Below, piece by piece: positions 29,598 through 39,508 of a stretch of DNA of 54,258 nt. The notes beneath the pieces were generated by a model. The model had not been told where the DNA came from. It did no database searches and was given only the letters and a program-made list of their open reading frames with translations. Source of the stretch: an uncultured Dechloromonas sp. (GTDB lineage: Bacteria; Pseudomonadota; Gammaproteobacteria; Burkholderiales; Rhodocyclaceae); NCBI GenBank assembly GCA_964387485.1, contig CAYLWV010000001.1, forward strand, positions 1 to 54,258, written 5' to 3'. Positions within the stretch are counted from its first letter, which is position 1. Every line of letters starts with the position of its first letter. Position numbers and translations under genes: made by a program.

Positions 29598-30800
29598 TCA
29601 GGCAACAACTGCTGCAATCGCATCAGCGACGGCATCAATGTTCTTGCTGTTCAGTGCCGCCAGGCAGATACGACCGGTCGAAACAGCATAAATACCGTAC
29701 TGATCACGCAGCACATCTACCTGGGCAGCCGTTAGGCCAGTGTACGAGAACATGCCACGCTGCTGGATCACAAAACTGAAATCCTGCTTGACGCCCTTGG
29801 CCTTGAGTTTGTCGACCAGTGCGACACGCATGGCGCGGATACGCTCACGCATTTCGGCCAGTTCCTTTTCCCACATAACCCGCAGCTCTGGGCTGGTCAG
29901 CACGGCAGCGACCACAGCAGCACCGTGCGTCGGCGGGTTGGAGTAGTTCGTACGGATGACGCGCTTCAGCTGCGACATGACGCGAGCCGATTCGTCCGAC
30001 GATTCGGTCACGATCGACAGTGCACCGACACGCTCGCCGTACAGTGAGAACGATTTGGAGAACGACGACGACACCAGGAACTGCAGACCCGAGTGTGCAA
30101 ACTTGTCGAGGACGATAGCATCCGGCTGGATGCCTTCGGCAAAACCCTGGTAGGCCATATCGAGGAAGGCAATCAGCCCTTTGGCACGGATGGCCTCGAT
30201 CACCTGATCCCACTGTTCATTGCTGAGGTCGGCACCGGTCGGGTTGTGGCAGCAGGCGTGCAGTAGGACGATCGAGTCTTTGGCCATGCCATTGATATCG
30301 GCCAGCATGCCTTCGAAGTTGACGCCACGGGTGGTTGCATCGTAGTAACGGTAGGTCTTGACCGGGAAATCGGCGGCCTCGAACAGCGCACGATGGTTTT
30401 CCCAGGACGGATCGCTGATGTATACGGTGGCGTTCGGCACCAGACGCTTCAGATAGTCTGCACCGATTTTCAGAGCGCCGGTGCCACCAATCGCCTGTGC
30501 TGTCACGACACGCTTGTCGCGCAGCAGCTGGGTGTCATGGCCGAAGAGCAGGGCCTGGACGGCCTGATCATAGGCGACCGAGCCTTCGATGGGCTGGTAA
30601 CCGCGGGCCGGCGGATTTTTCATGCGGGCCTCTTCGGCAGCGCGAACGGCCTTGAGTAGGGGCAATTTGCCCTCATCATCGTAGTAGACGCCGACGCCAA
30701 GGTTGACCTTGGTGGCACGCGTATCGGCATTAAAGGCTTCGGTCAGGCCGAGAATCGGGTCGCGCGGTGCGAGGGCGACATCAGCAAAAATCGAGGACAT
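29598..30800 (-). CDS. tyrB: Aromatic/aspartate aminotransferase (TyrB/AspC family)
   Basis: DPILGL, NLGVGVY, HACCHNPTG, DMAYQGF, SFSKSFSLYGERVG; ATG 30800 after GGAG. Confidence 0.9.
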   Translation of the reverse strand: MSSIFADVALAPRDPILGLTEAFNADTRATKVNLGVGVYYDDEGKLPLLKAVRAAEEARMKNPPARGYQPIEGSVAYDQAVQALLFGHDTQLLRDKRVVTAQAIGGTGALKIGADYLKRLVPNATVYISDPSWENHRALFEAADFPVKTYRYYDATTRGVNFEGMLADINGMAKDSIVLLHACCHNPTGADLSNEQWDQVIEAIRAKGLIAFLDMAYQGFAEGIQPDAIVLDKFAHSGLQFLVSSSFSKSFSLYGERVGALSIVTESSDESARVMSQLKRVIRTNYSNPPTHGAAVVAAVLTSPELRVMWEKELAEMRERIRAMRVALVDKLKAKGVKQDFSFVIQQRGMFSYTGLTAAQVDVLRDQYGIYAVSTGRICLAALNSKNIDAVADAIAAVVA

Positions 30801-30888
30801 AAAAACTCCGGTGGTCGCCGGCTTGCCGGCTGGAGGAAATAAGGATTGACGCGTTAAACTGTGCTCTAGGGCACCTGATAACCTGAAA

Positions 30889-30897
30889 ATTCTAACA
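30889..30897 (-). promoter_or_regulatory. Extended -10 promoter element for tyrB
   Basis: Minus strand TG-T-TAGAAT about 90 nt upstream of the ATG. Confidence 0.5.
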
Positions 30898-30947
30898 TGG
30901 CATAGCGTTTCTATGCCGTTGTATGTGCTGCGACAGAGAATGGATTC

Positions 30948-33044
30948 ATGACTCCTGAAAATGCAACGATTTCCCAACTGGCATTGGCCTCAGGCGCATC
31001 GTCAAAGGTGGTGACCTTTGAGGGCAGCCCGTTTCGATTGCACCAGCCGTTTCCGCCAGCCGGAGATCAGCCGGCAGCCATTGAACAGCTGGTTGACGGG
31101 CTGGATAGCGGCCTTTCTTTCCAGACGCTGCTCGGGGTAACCGGCTCGGGCAAGACCTACACCATGGCCAATGTGATTGCCCGCAGTGGGCGTCCGGCAC
31201 TGGTGCTGGCGCCCAATAAAACGCTGGCCGCCCAACTGTATGCCGAGTTCAAGGAGTTCTTCCCGGAAAATGCCGTCGAGTACTTCGTGTCGTATTACGA
31301 CTATTACCAGCCGGAAGCCTATGTGCCGAGCCGCGATCTTTTCATCGAGAAGGATTCGTCGATCAACGAACATATCGAGCAGATGCGCCTATCGGCAACT
31401 AAAAGCCTGATCGAGCGCACTGACTGCGTGATTGTGGCAACGGTTTCCTGTATCTACGGCATTGGTGATCGTGACGAATACCACCAGATGATCATGCACG
31501 TGCGCGAGGGCGATAAAATCCCTCAGCGTGACCTCTTGAAGCGTCTGGCGGAAATGCAGTACACCCGCAATGAAATGGATTTTCAGCGCGGCACGTTTCG
31601 GGTTCGCGGGGACGTTATCGATGTTTTCCCGGCAGAACATGCGGAAAATGCCCTGCGTATCGAACTGTTTGATGATGAGGTGGAACGGCTGCAACTCTTT
31701 GATCCATTGACCGGCGAAATACGGCAGCGGTTGTCCCGTTTTACGGTATACCCCTCAAGTCACTATGTGACGCCAAGAGCCACGGTGTTGCGTGCCGTTG
31801 AGGGCATCAAGGAAGAGCTCAACGGCCAACGAGCGGCGTTTCTGGCCGAAGCTAAGCTGGTTGAAGCTCAGCGCCTGGAGCAGCGGACCAAGTTTGATCT
31901 CGAGATGCTCACGGAGGTAGGTTTCTGCAAAGGGATTGAAAACTATTCGCGACATTTGTCCGGGCGCAAGGCCGGAGAGCCGCCGCCAACCCTGATCGAT
32001 TATCTGCCGGCTAATGCACTGTTGTTTATTGACGAATCCCATGTGGCGATTGGTCAGGTGGGCGGGATGTATCGGGGTGACCGGTCCCGTAAAGAGAATC
32101 TGGTGAATTATGGCTTCCGGCTGCCGTCGGCACTCGATAACCGTCCGCTAAAATTTGACGAGTTCGAACAACGGATGCGTCAATCGATCTTTGTCACGGC
32201 AACGCCGGCCGATTATGAAAAACAGTGCTCTAGCCAGGTGGTGGAGCAGGTGGTACGCCCGACGGGGCTGGTGGACCCGGTCGTTGAGGTCCGACCGGCA
32301 ATGACCCAGGTCGACAACCTGCTGGGTGAAATCCGTAAGCGGGTGGCCGCCAATGAGCGGGTGCTGGTCACCACATTGACCAAGCGTATGTCAGAGGATC
32401 TGACGGATTATCTGACCGAAAACGGCATCAAGGTTCGTTATTTGCATTCGGATATCGATACCGTGGAGCGTGTGGAGATCATTCGTGATCTGCGTCTGGG
32501 AATCTTCAATGTCGTGGTGGGCATTAACCTGCTGCGTGAAGGTCTGGATATTCCCGAGGTGTCGCTGGTCGCGATTCTGGATGCCGATAAGGAAGGTTTT
32601 CTCCGTTCGGAAACCTCGCTGATTCAGACAATCGGTCGCGCAGCCCGCCACCTCAATGGCACGGCGATTCTTTACGCCGACCGGATCACGGGATCCATGC
32701 GACGTGCCATGGATGAAACCGAACGACGTCGTCACAAGCAACTGGCCTTTAACGAAGCCAATGGCATTGTGCCGCGGGGTGTACAGAAAAAGATCAAAGA
32801 TATTATCGACGGCGTTTATGCCACCGGTTATTCGGAGTCCGGTGATGCCGTATCGGCCCGTAAAGCGGCTCAGACGCGGAAGAACTACGAGGCAATGTCT
32901 GAAAAGGAAGTTGCTACCGAAATCCGCAAGCTGGAACAAGCCATGCAGAAGCACGCAAAAAATCTGGAATTTGAAGCGGCTGGACAGGTCCGCGATCAGT
33001 TGTTCCGTCTCAAGGAGCAGCTATTTGGTGCAGCGCCTAAATAG
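30948..33044 (+). CDS. uvrB: Excinuclease ABC subunit B
   Basis: [18 protein letters not shown] beta-hairpin, [13 protein letters not shown]-terminal UVR coiled coil. Confidence 0.98.
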   Translation: MTPENATISQLALASGASSKVVTFEGSPFRLHQPFPPAGDQPAAIEQLVDGLDSGLSFQTLLGVTGSGKTYTMANVIARSGRPALVLAPNKTLAAQLYAEFKEFFPENAVEYFVSYYDYYQPEAYVPSRDLFIEKDSSINEHIEQMRLSATKSLIERTDCVIVATVSCIYGIGDRDEYHQMIMHVREGDKIPQRDLLKRLAEMQYTRNEMDFQRGTFRVRGDVIDVFPAEHAENALRIELFDDEVERLQLFDPLTGEIRQRLSRFTVYPSSHYVTPRATVLRAVEGIKEELNGQRAAFLAEAKLVEAQRLEQRTKFDLEMLTEVGFCKGIENYSRHLSGRKAGEPPPTLIDYLPANALLFIDESHVAIGQVGGMYRGDRSRKENLVNYGFRLPSALDNRPLKFDEFEQRMRQSIFVTATPADYEKQCSSQVVEQVVRPTGLVDPVVEVRPAMTQVDNLLGEIRKRVAANERVLVTTLTKRMSEDLTDYLTENGIKVRYLHSDIDTVERVEIIRDLRLGIFNVVVGINLLREGLDIPEVSLVAILDADKEGFLRSETSLIQTIGRAARHLNGTAILYADRITGSMRRAMDETERRRHKQLAFNEANGIVPRGVQKKIKDIIDGVYATGYSESGDAVSARKAAQTRKNYEAMSEKEVATEIRKLEQAMQKHAKNLEFEAAGQVRDQLFRLKEQLFGAAPK

Positions 33045-33060
33045 CCTCAAACATTGAACA

Positions 33061-33867
33061 CTAGAACTTGCGCATCACGCTACAGATGTCGGTGCCGATA
33101 CCGCTGGCCAGATACTGACTGACGCCTTTGGCGGCTTGCGCCAGCTCACGGATTCGGTCGGGTTCGGCGGCATTGAATTGCTGTAGCGTCACAGAGCCGG
33201 TTTTTCCCGTGTTGTCTGCATAGCGACCGATCTGGCGCAGGCTACGCGTTTCATAGACACGGACATAGGCTGCCCCTTCCAGTGTGTTGTCCTTCAGGCC
33301 GGATTTCACCTGTACCGAGGTCACGCCGGCCTGTATGAAAAATCGGTAGGGCGCGGCCTGTTCCGTAAAACCAGCCGGCAAATTCAGGTTGCTCTGGCTC
33401 CAGTTGGCCTTGTTGGTGTCCAGCGTTTGTGCGTAGATGACCGTATCGATGCCGCAGCCGTTCAGCTGCTCAGCAATTCGGCTAGCAAAATAGACGGGCA
33501 GGTTGGCGCTGCTGACGGCCTGCACCATATCCTGTCGTTCTTCCTTGAGGGTCGCTTTGGCTTCTGCCTCTGAAGCGGCATGACTGCCTGCGGTCGATCC
33601 TGCCAGGCTACCAGCCAGACCCGCGATGGGTCCGACGACCATGCTGCCCAGAATGCCACCTGCGGTACCGGCTTTGTCGGAGATCACGCTGGTGGACACC
33701 GCCCCACTGGGAATGATCAGCACCTGAAAACCGGTTTTATGGACCACGGTTCTGGGGCGTTCATCGACCACCTCGGCGGCATGGCCGGACTGATTAATCT
33801 TGAACGGCCCCGAGGTACAAGCGCAAAGAAGCAGGGAGAGCAGGGTAGCGAAGGTTTTCTGGTTCAT
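33061..33867 (-). CDS. Hypothetical lipoprotein with glycine-zipper segment
   Basis: Lipobox LLCAC, GTAGGILGSMVVGPIAGLAGSLAGSTAG; 268-aa ORF filling the gap. Confidence 0.65.
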   Translation of the reverse strand: MNQKTFATLLSLLLCACTSGPFKINQSGHAAEVVDERPRTVVHKTGFQVLIIPSGAVSTSVISDKAGTAGGILGSMVVGPIAGLAGSLAGSTAGSHAASEAEAKATLKEERQDMVQAVSSANLPVYFASRIAEQLNGCGIDTVIYAQTLDTNKANWSQSNLNLPAGFTEQAAPYRFFIQAGVTSVQVKSGLKDNTLEGAAYVRVYETRSLRQIGRYADNTGKTGSVTLQQFNAAEPDRIRELAQAAKGVSQYLASGIGTDICSVMRKF

Positions 33868-34049
33868 GGTGATAGTGAGAATGGTTCTATCGGTGCAATT
33901 CTGTCCTAATTATGGAACAATGTATAAAAGAGCGTTTGCGAATGCCCATCAGAGGCAACGGTAGTGTGTCCAAGCGTCACGAAGCGAGTCGCGATTTGTG
34001 ACCTGATACGGAACCGATTGAAACGCAGCCGTTCGGAAGGGGGAGACGA

Positions 34050-34571
34050 ATGACCAGAGTATTGTTCGTGTGCATGGGAAATATCTGCAGGTCACCGACC
34101 GCAGAAGCCGTGTTCAGAAGACTGGCCGCACAGCGTGGGTTGCTGGGTGAACTGGAAATTGATTCGGCGGGTACCCATGGTTACCACGTAGGTGAGTCGC
34201 CGGATGCACGTACACAGCGCGCGGCGGCCGAGCGTAAATATGACCTCTCGCTGATTCGTGCGCGTAAGGTGGCTCCAGAAGATCTGGAATATTTTGATCT
34301 GGTGCTGGCCATGGATCGAAGCAATCTTGAATCATTGCGTAAGCTCTGTCCGGCCAACCGTTTACATCGGCTCAAGCTGTTCATGAGTTATGCGCGTCAA
34401 TTTGATGATGACGAGGTGCCTGACCCATACTACGGCCTTGCTCATGATTTTGATTTGGTGCTCGACATGATCGAAGATGCGGCAGAGGGTTTGCTCGATA
34501 GCATTCTCCGCGAACGTGGTGAGCGTGAGCCGACGGCCAAAATAGGGCGAGCCGGCTTGAAAGCAGGCTAG
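34050..34571 (+). CDS. Low-molecular-weight protein-tyrosine phosphatase
   Basis: VLFVCMGNICRSP, DSAGT, VPDPYYG; GGAG RBS. Confidence 0.93.
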   Translation: MTRVLFVCMGNICRSPTAEAVFRRLAAQRGLLGELEIDSAGTHGYHVGESPDARTQRAAAERKYDLSLIRARKVAPEDLEYFDLVLAMDRSNLESLRKLCPANRLHRLKLFMSYARQFDDDEVPDPYYGLAHDFDLVLDMIEDAAEGLLDSILRERGEREPTAKIGRAGLKAG

Positions 34572-34587
34572 AGTACTCTCTACGATG

Positions 34588-34622
34588 AAAAAAAACCGCG
34601 CATGGGCTGCGCGGTTTTTTTT
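34588..34622. terminator. Bidirectional terminator
   Basis: A8-CCGCGCA-TGGGC-TGCGCGG-T8. Confidence 0.9.
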
Positions 34623-34648
34623 GTCTGCGTTGCAGGCGTCCTGATAGT

Positions 34649-37330
34649 TTAGTCCTTGCGGGTTTCAACCATCTGCAGCGGTTCGTCTGCAATCACCGGC
34701 TTTGCACGCGGTGTGCGCGGTTTGCGCACTGGCTTTTCGGCCGGTGCAGCAGCAACGGTTGCGTGCTTGCTCGGATCCGTCTCTACCATCTGCAGGCCAA
34801 TGGCTTCCAGAGCCACAGGGCTCGGCGCTGTCGGTGCAGCAACCGGTGTGGGGGCTACTTCGACTGCGGCAACGGGTACTTCAACGACCGGTGCGATATT
34901 GACTTTAACTACAGCGGCTTCAACAATCACGGGCGCTGGTGCTGCAGCGACGGGTTCTGCTGCCGGTGCCGGAGCAATCACTTCTGTCGTGGTTGCTGGT
35001 GCAGCCTGAACGATCTCCATCACTGGCGCCGGAGCGGGTGCCGCATCAACGACCACGGCTATGTTTTCTGCGACTGTTACCGAAGCCTCGGCTGCTTCTA
35101 CATTGCTGTCGGTACCGGTGTTCTGGCGGTCACCACGTTCACGACGACCGCCACGACGACCTCGGCGGCGACTATTGCCACCATTGCCGGTGCCCTCAGC
35201 CTGGGCTTCCGTGTTGACGGTGCCGTCCAGTGCCGTAGCTTCAGTGACAGCTTCAACAGTAGTGTTTGGTGTTTCCGCGGTGTTTGCATTCCGGCTATCG
35301 CGACCACGACCACCACCACGACGACGGTTGTTACCGGTACCCTGGCTGGTCTGGTTTTCGTCGCTGGCGCCTTCGGCTTGTGCGGTTGCGTTGCGCTCGC
35401 CACGGTTGTTGCGACGACCTTCCTGGCCTTCACCGCGCGGCGAGCGTTCATTACGCTCACCACGAGCCTGGCGACCTTCACCGTCAGCGCTTTGACGACG
35501 GCCGTTGCCACGAGCCTGGCGACCTTCACCGTCACCACTTTGACGACGGCCATTACCACGGCCTTCACGTGGTTCACGAGTTGTGCGCGGGCGAGCCGTT
35601 TCTACCGGTGGTTTTTTCTTGGCGTCACCACTCAGCCAGCTGAACAACTTGGAAATGAAACCGGATTTTTCTTCGGGCATGGGTTCCGGCGGCGTGGTCG
35701 ATTCCATCGAGATCGGAGCCGGTTGTGCCGGTGCGATGTTGCGGATAGCTGCCTGCTGACGGTTCTGCTGCTTCTGCTGTTCGGCCGTGTAAGCCGGTTG
35801 TTCGTTGATCGTGAGATCCACCATCTTGTAAGACGGTTCACGGACATCGTCCTGATTCAGTTCGTCGTGACGCAGGCGCTGGATCTGATGTGCCGGTGTT
35901 TCAAGATGCTTGTTCGGCAGGATCAGGATGGTGATCTTGTGACGCAGCTCGATGGCCTGGATATCGGCACGCTTTTCATTGAGCAGGAAGGTGGCAACAT
36001 CCACCGGTACCTGCGTATGAACCGCTGCCGTGTTTTCTTTCATCGCCTCTTCTTCGAGGATACGAAGGATGTGCAGAGCGGCCGATTCGGTGGAGCGGAT
36101 ATGACCTGTGCCAGTACAGCGTGGGCAGGTGATATAGGAGGTTTCTGCCAGAGCCGGGCGCAGACGCTGGCGTGACAGTTCCAGTAGGCCGAAACGGCTG
36201 ATCTTGCTGGTCTGAACACGGGCGCGGTCGTGGTGCAATGCGTCTCGCAGACGATTCTCGACTTCGCGCTGATTGCGGGCGCTTTCCATGTCGATGAAAT
36301 CGATAACGATCAGACCACCCAGGTCACGCAGACGCAACTGGCGGGCGATTTCATCAGCGGCTTCAAGGTTCGTCTTGAGTGCAGTTTCTTCGATATCGCT
36401 ACCCTTGGTCGAACGACCCGAGTTGACGTCCACCGACACCAGGGCTTCGGTGTGGTCGATGACGATCGCACCACCGGCCGGCAGATTGACCTGACGGGCG
36501 TAGGCGGATTCGATCTGGTGTTCGATCTGGAAGCGTGAGAAGAGGGGAACATCATCGCGATAACGTTTGACGCGATTGACGTTGCCGGGCATCACCTGGC
36601 TCATGAAAGCCTGGGCTTGCTCGAAAATATCATCGGTATCGATGAGGATTTCACCGATGTCCGGCTGGAAGTAGTCGCGGATGGCGCGAATGACCAGGCT
36701 GCCCTCCTGGAAGATCAGCAGCGGTGCTGCGTTATCCTTGGCTACCGAATCAATGGCGGTCCATAGCTGCATCAGGTAGTTGAGATCCCACTGCAGTTCT
36801 TCGGCCGTGCGGCCGATGGCGGCCGTGCGGGCGATCAGGCTCATACCTTCCGGTACCGTTAGCTGGGCCATGGCATCGCGCAGTTCCGAACGATCATCGC
36901 CTTCGACGCGGCGTGATACACCACCACCACGCGGGTTGTTCGGCATCAGAACCAGATAGCGGCCAGCTAGAGAGACGTAGGTCGTCAGGGCGGCACCCTT
37001 ATTGCCGCGTTCGTCCTTATCGACCTGAACGATGAGTTCCTGACCCTCTTTCAGGGTCTCCTGCATCTTGGCGCGGCTGCCTTCGCCATTCGGGGCGTAG
37101 TATTCGCGGGCGATTTCCTTGAACGGCAGAAAGCCGTGGCGGTCGGCACCGTAATTAACGAACACCGCTTCGAGCGACGGTTCGATACGGGTGATAACCC
37201 CTTTGTAAATGTTGCTCTTGCGTTGTTCCTTGGATGCGGACTCGATGTCGAGGTCAATGAGTTTCTGGCCTTCGACAATCGCGACGCGTAATTCTTCCGC
37301 TTGCGTCGCATTAAACAGCATGCGTTTCAT
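34649..37330 (-). CDS. rne: Ribonuclease E
   Basis: MKRMLFNATQAEELRVA, S1 domain, DVNS, CPRC Zn-link, amphipathic GFISKLFSWLSG, Arg-rich and Ala/Pro-rich disordered C-terminal half. Confidence 0.97.
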   Translation of the reverse strand: MKRMLFNATQAEELRVAIVEGQKLIDLDIESASKEQRKSNIYKGVITRIEPSLEAVFVNYGADRHGFLPFKEIAREYYAPNGEGSRAKMQETLKEGQELIVQVDKDERGNKGAALTTYVSLAGRYLVLMPNNPRGGGVSRRVEGDDRSELRDAMAQLTVPEGMSLIARTAAIGRTAEELQWDLNYLMQLWTAIDSVAKDNAAPLLIFQEGSLVIRAIRDYFQPDIGEILIDTDDIFEQAQAFMSQVMPGNVNRVKRYRDDVPLFSRFQIEHQIESAYARQVNLPAGGAIVIDHTEALVSVDVNSGRSTKGSDIEETALKTNLEAADEIARQLRLRDLGGLIVIDFIDMESARNQREVENRLRDALHHDRARVQTSKISRFGLLELSRQRLRPALAETSYITCPRCTGTGHIRSTESAALHILRILEEEAMKENTAAVHTQVPVDVATFLLNEKRADIQAIELRHKITILILPNKHLETPAHQIQRLRHDELNQDDVREPSYKMVDLTINEQPAYTAEQQKQQNRQQAAIRNIAPAQPAPISMESTTPPEPMPEEKSGFISKLFSWLSGDAKKKPPVETARPRTTREPREGRGNGRRQSGDGEGRQARGNGRRQSADGEGRQARGERNERSPRGEGQEGRRNNRGERNATAQAEGASDENQTSQGTGNNRRRGGGRGRDSRNANTAETPNTTVEAVTEATALDGTVNTEAQAEGTGNGGNSRRRGRRGGRRERGDRQNTGTDSNVEAAEASVTVAENIAVVVDAAPAPAPVMEIVQAAPATTTEVIAPAPAAEPVAAAPAPVIVEAAVVKVNIAPVVEVPVAAVEVAPTPVAAPTAPSPVALEAIGLQMVETDPSKHATVAAAPAEKPVRKPRTPRAKPVIADEPLQMVETRKD
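35460..35555. repeat. In-frame 48-bp tandem duplication within rne
   Basis: Two near-identical units starting CCACGAGCCTGGCGACCTTCACCGTCA, encoding RGNGRRQS(G/A)DGEGRQA twice. Confidence 0.9.
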
Positions 37331-37737
37331 GAATGGGTGCTCCAAAAGCACCGGCACACACAATCCCGTGACAGGGTCAGAACTGCAATCGGTGGACGGT
37401 GCCGCGCGGCGTGCTCTCAGGGCGAGGCAGGGGATATCCTGTGTGGATCCCAAGCCGGACGTACGGACAAGGTAGACCGATTAAGACCGGCAGGTATGCG
37501 TCATCGCGAGATGGTCACCTGCCGTTGCTGCATTCGGGACTGCAAACGCCGGGCGTATGTCAGTCGGTGACGGCTGCTTGTGTTCGTCTGGGCCAGTCGT
37601 CATAGCCCGGTCTGGCTGCACCGGATGGTCACGAATCACGAACGCGTGGATCGACGATCTCGGGTCGGAATCCGGGCAGATCGATCCGGCAAAAGCCTGA
37701 GAAGCGACCTGCTGGCAGCACAAACGTGTAAAGTATA
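37331..37737 (-). promoter_or_regulatory. Long structured rne 5' leader and candidate -10
   Basis: About 400-nt non-coding region with several stems (37336-37352, 37488-37524, 37648-37687); minus-strand TATACT at 37732-37737. Confidence 0.6.
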
Positions 37738-37741
37738 AGGT

Positions 37742-38833
37742 ATGTCACGCAGTAATAGAATGCCTTCGCGCCCAATCCGCAAAAAAACTTCCCCGGATCG
37801 AGAAGTTTCACCGCAAACCTCCTCGAAATCAACGGGATATGCTGGCTCTGCGCCTCGTAATCGTGCCGATGCACCACCGGCAACCGTGCAGCGGCGCACC
37901 GTCGGGCCAGAAGAAGCTGGGCAGCGTCTGGATAATTATCTGTTGCGTCACCTGAAAGGGGTTCCCAAAAGCCGGATTTATCGTATCGTGCGTAGCGGTG
38001 AAGTGCGCATTAATGGTGGGCGATGTCAGCCGGATCAGCGTTTGTTCGAAGGTGATGAGCTTCGCTTGCCACCGGTACGCCGGGAAACGTTTTCCGAAGA
38101 AAAGCCGCCGGTCGCGCCTTTGATCGATTTGCCGGTGCTCTTTGAGGATGATGCAATCATCGCGATTAATAAACCCTGCGGTATTGCCGTTCATGGCGGG
38201 AGTGGTCTGGCCTGGGGGTTGATCGAAGCCTTGCGCGCCCAGCGCCCGGAAGCGCGGTTCCTCGAGCTGGCTCATCGACTGGATCGTGAAACCTCGGGCG
38301 TTCTGCTGGTAGCCAAGAAGCGTGCTGCACTGGTCGGATTACACGATATGTTCCGTGAACAGCGCGGTGACAAGCGTTATCTGGCACTGGTGCCCGGCAT
38401 CTGGAAAGAAAAGTCACTGCAGGTCACCCTGCCGCTCTACAAATATCTGACGCCGGAGGGTGAGCGCCGGGTGCGTATTGCGAAAGGGCGGGATTTACAG
38501 AGCCCAGAGGTGAAGCCTGCAGAAACGCATTTCCGGCTCAAACAACAGTATCCGGGTTACGCGCTCGTCGAGGCGCGTCTTAAAACCGGGCGTACGCATC
38601 AGATCCGCGTGCATCTGGCAGCCCTGGGATATCCGATCATTGGTGATGACAAATACGGTGACTTTGCGTTGAACAAGTCGTTGGCCACTAGTCGACGTCT
38701 GGAGCGCATGTTCCTGCATGCAGTCAGCATGCGTTGCAAGCACCCGGTCAGTGGAGATCCTCTGGCAATAGAAGCCCCGTTGCCTGATGCGCTGGCCAGC
38801 TTTTTGCATGCCATTGCACCGAACGAGTCTTAA
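37742..38833 (+). CDS. rluC: 23S rRNA pseudouridine synthase RluC
   Basis: S4 domain GQRLDNYL, NKP.G.AVHGGSG, HRLDRETSG, TGRTHQIRVH; divergent from rne. Confidence 0.93.
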   Translation: MSRSNRMPSRPIRKKTSPDREVSPQTSSKSTGYAGSAPRNRADAPPATVQRRTVGPEEAGQRLDNYLLRHLKGVPKSRIYRIVRSGEVRINGGRCQPDQRLFEGDELRLPPVRRETFSEEKPPVAPLIDLPVLFEDDAIIAINKPCGIAVHGGSGLAWGLIEALRAQRPEARFLELAHRLDRETSGVLLVAKKRAALVGLHDMFREQRGDKRYLALVPGIWKEKSLQVTLPLYKYLTPEGERRVRIAKGRDLQSPEVKPAETHFRLKQQYPGYALVEARLKTGRTHQIRVHLAALGYPIIGDDKYGDFALNKSLATSRRLERMFLHAVSMRCKHPVSGDPLAIEAPLPDALASFLHAIAPNES

Positions 38834-38841
38834 CAAACGAC

Positions 38842-39501
38842 ATGAAAAAACCACGCTATGATCTTGTTGTCTTTGACTGGGATGGCACGCTGCTTGATTC
38901 GACAGCGGCCATTGTTGGTGCGATTCAGGCGGCGAGTCGGGATGTCGGGGCTGTGGAACCTACCGATGAACGTGCCCGATATGTGATCGGAATGGGGCTT
39001 CTGGATGCTCTCAAATACGCCGTGCCGGATTTGCCTGAGACGCATTACGATGATCTGGTAAACGCGTACAGACGACATTACTTATCCGGCGACCATGAGC
39101 TGACCCTGTTTGCCGGTGTGGAGCCTCTGCTGCAGCAGCTACAGGCAGAAAACCGCTGGGTTGCCGTAGCCACTGGAAAGAGCCGCCTGGGGTTGAACCG
39201 GGCGTTGGGCCACAGTGGTTTGGGGCGCTATTTCGATACCACCAGAACGGCAGACGAAACACGGAGCAAACCACATCCGCAGATGCTCGAAGAAATTATG
39301 GATCAGTTTGCGGTGTCCCCGGAGCGGACCTTGATGATCGGGGATACCACCCATGATTTGCTGATGGCCCGGAATGCCGGGGCGCATGGTCTGGCCGTAA
39401 CGCATGGCGCACACCCGCTGGATGCGCTCCAGGCATGTTCGCCAGTGGGTGTGGTTGGGTCAATTTCCGACATGGCAAACTGGATTAAAAATAACGGATA
39501 A
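38842..39501 (+). CDS. HAD-IA family hydrolase (phosphoglycolate phosphatase-like)
   Basis: FDWDGTLLDS, VATGK, SKPHP, MIGDT. Confidence 0.9.
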   Translation: MKKPRYDLVVFDWDGTLLDSTAAIVGAIQAASRDVGAVEPTDERARYVIGMGLLDALKYAVPDLPETHYDDLVNAYRRHYLSGDHELTLFAGVEPLLQQLQAENRWVAVATGKSRLGLNRALGHSGLGRYFDTTRTADETRSKPHPQMLEEIMDQFAVSPERTLMIGDTTHDLLMARNAGAHGLAVTHGAHPLDALQACSPVGVVGSISDMANWIKNNG

Positions 39502-39508
39502 CCAATTG

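Noticed and set aside
30919-30936. Possible LexA box before uvrB (TTGT...ACAG)
   Set aside because: Spacer is 10 rather than 8 nt and the left half is not CTGT
35460-35560. Direct repeat considered as CRISPR-like
   Set aside because: Only two in-frame coding units, no spacers, no cas genes
34763-36175. 470-aa plus-strand ORF
   Set aside because: Antisense shadow of rne caused by codon bias and low-complexity sequence; no recognisable motifs
37331-37453. Extended N-termini in the ORF track (rne 37453, fabI 8960, tyrB 30977, dppB 11083, ATPase 13540, yceD 40861, rpmF 41495, fabD 43776)
   Set aside because: Downstream ATGs match conserved N-termini, RBS or stop-start overlaps better
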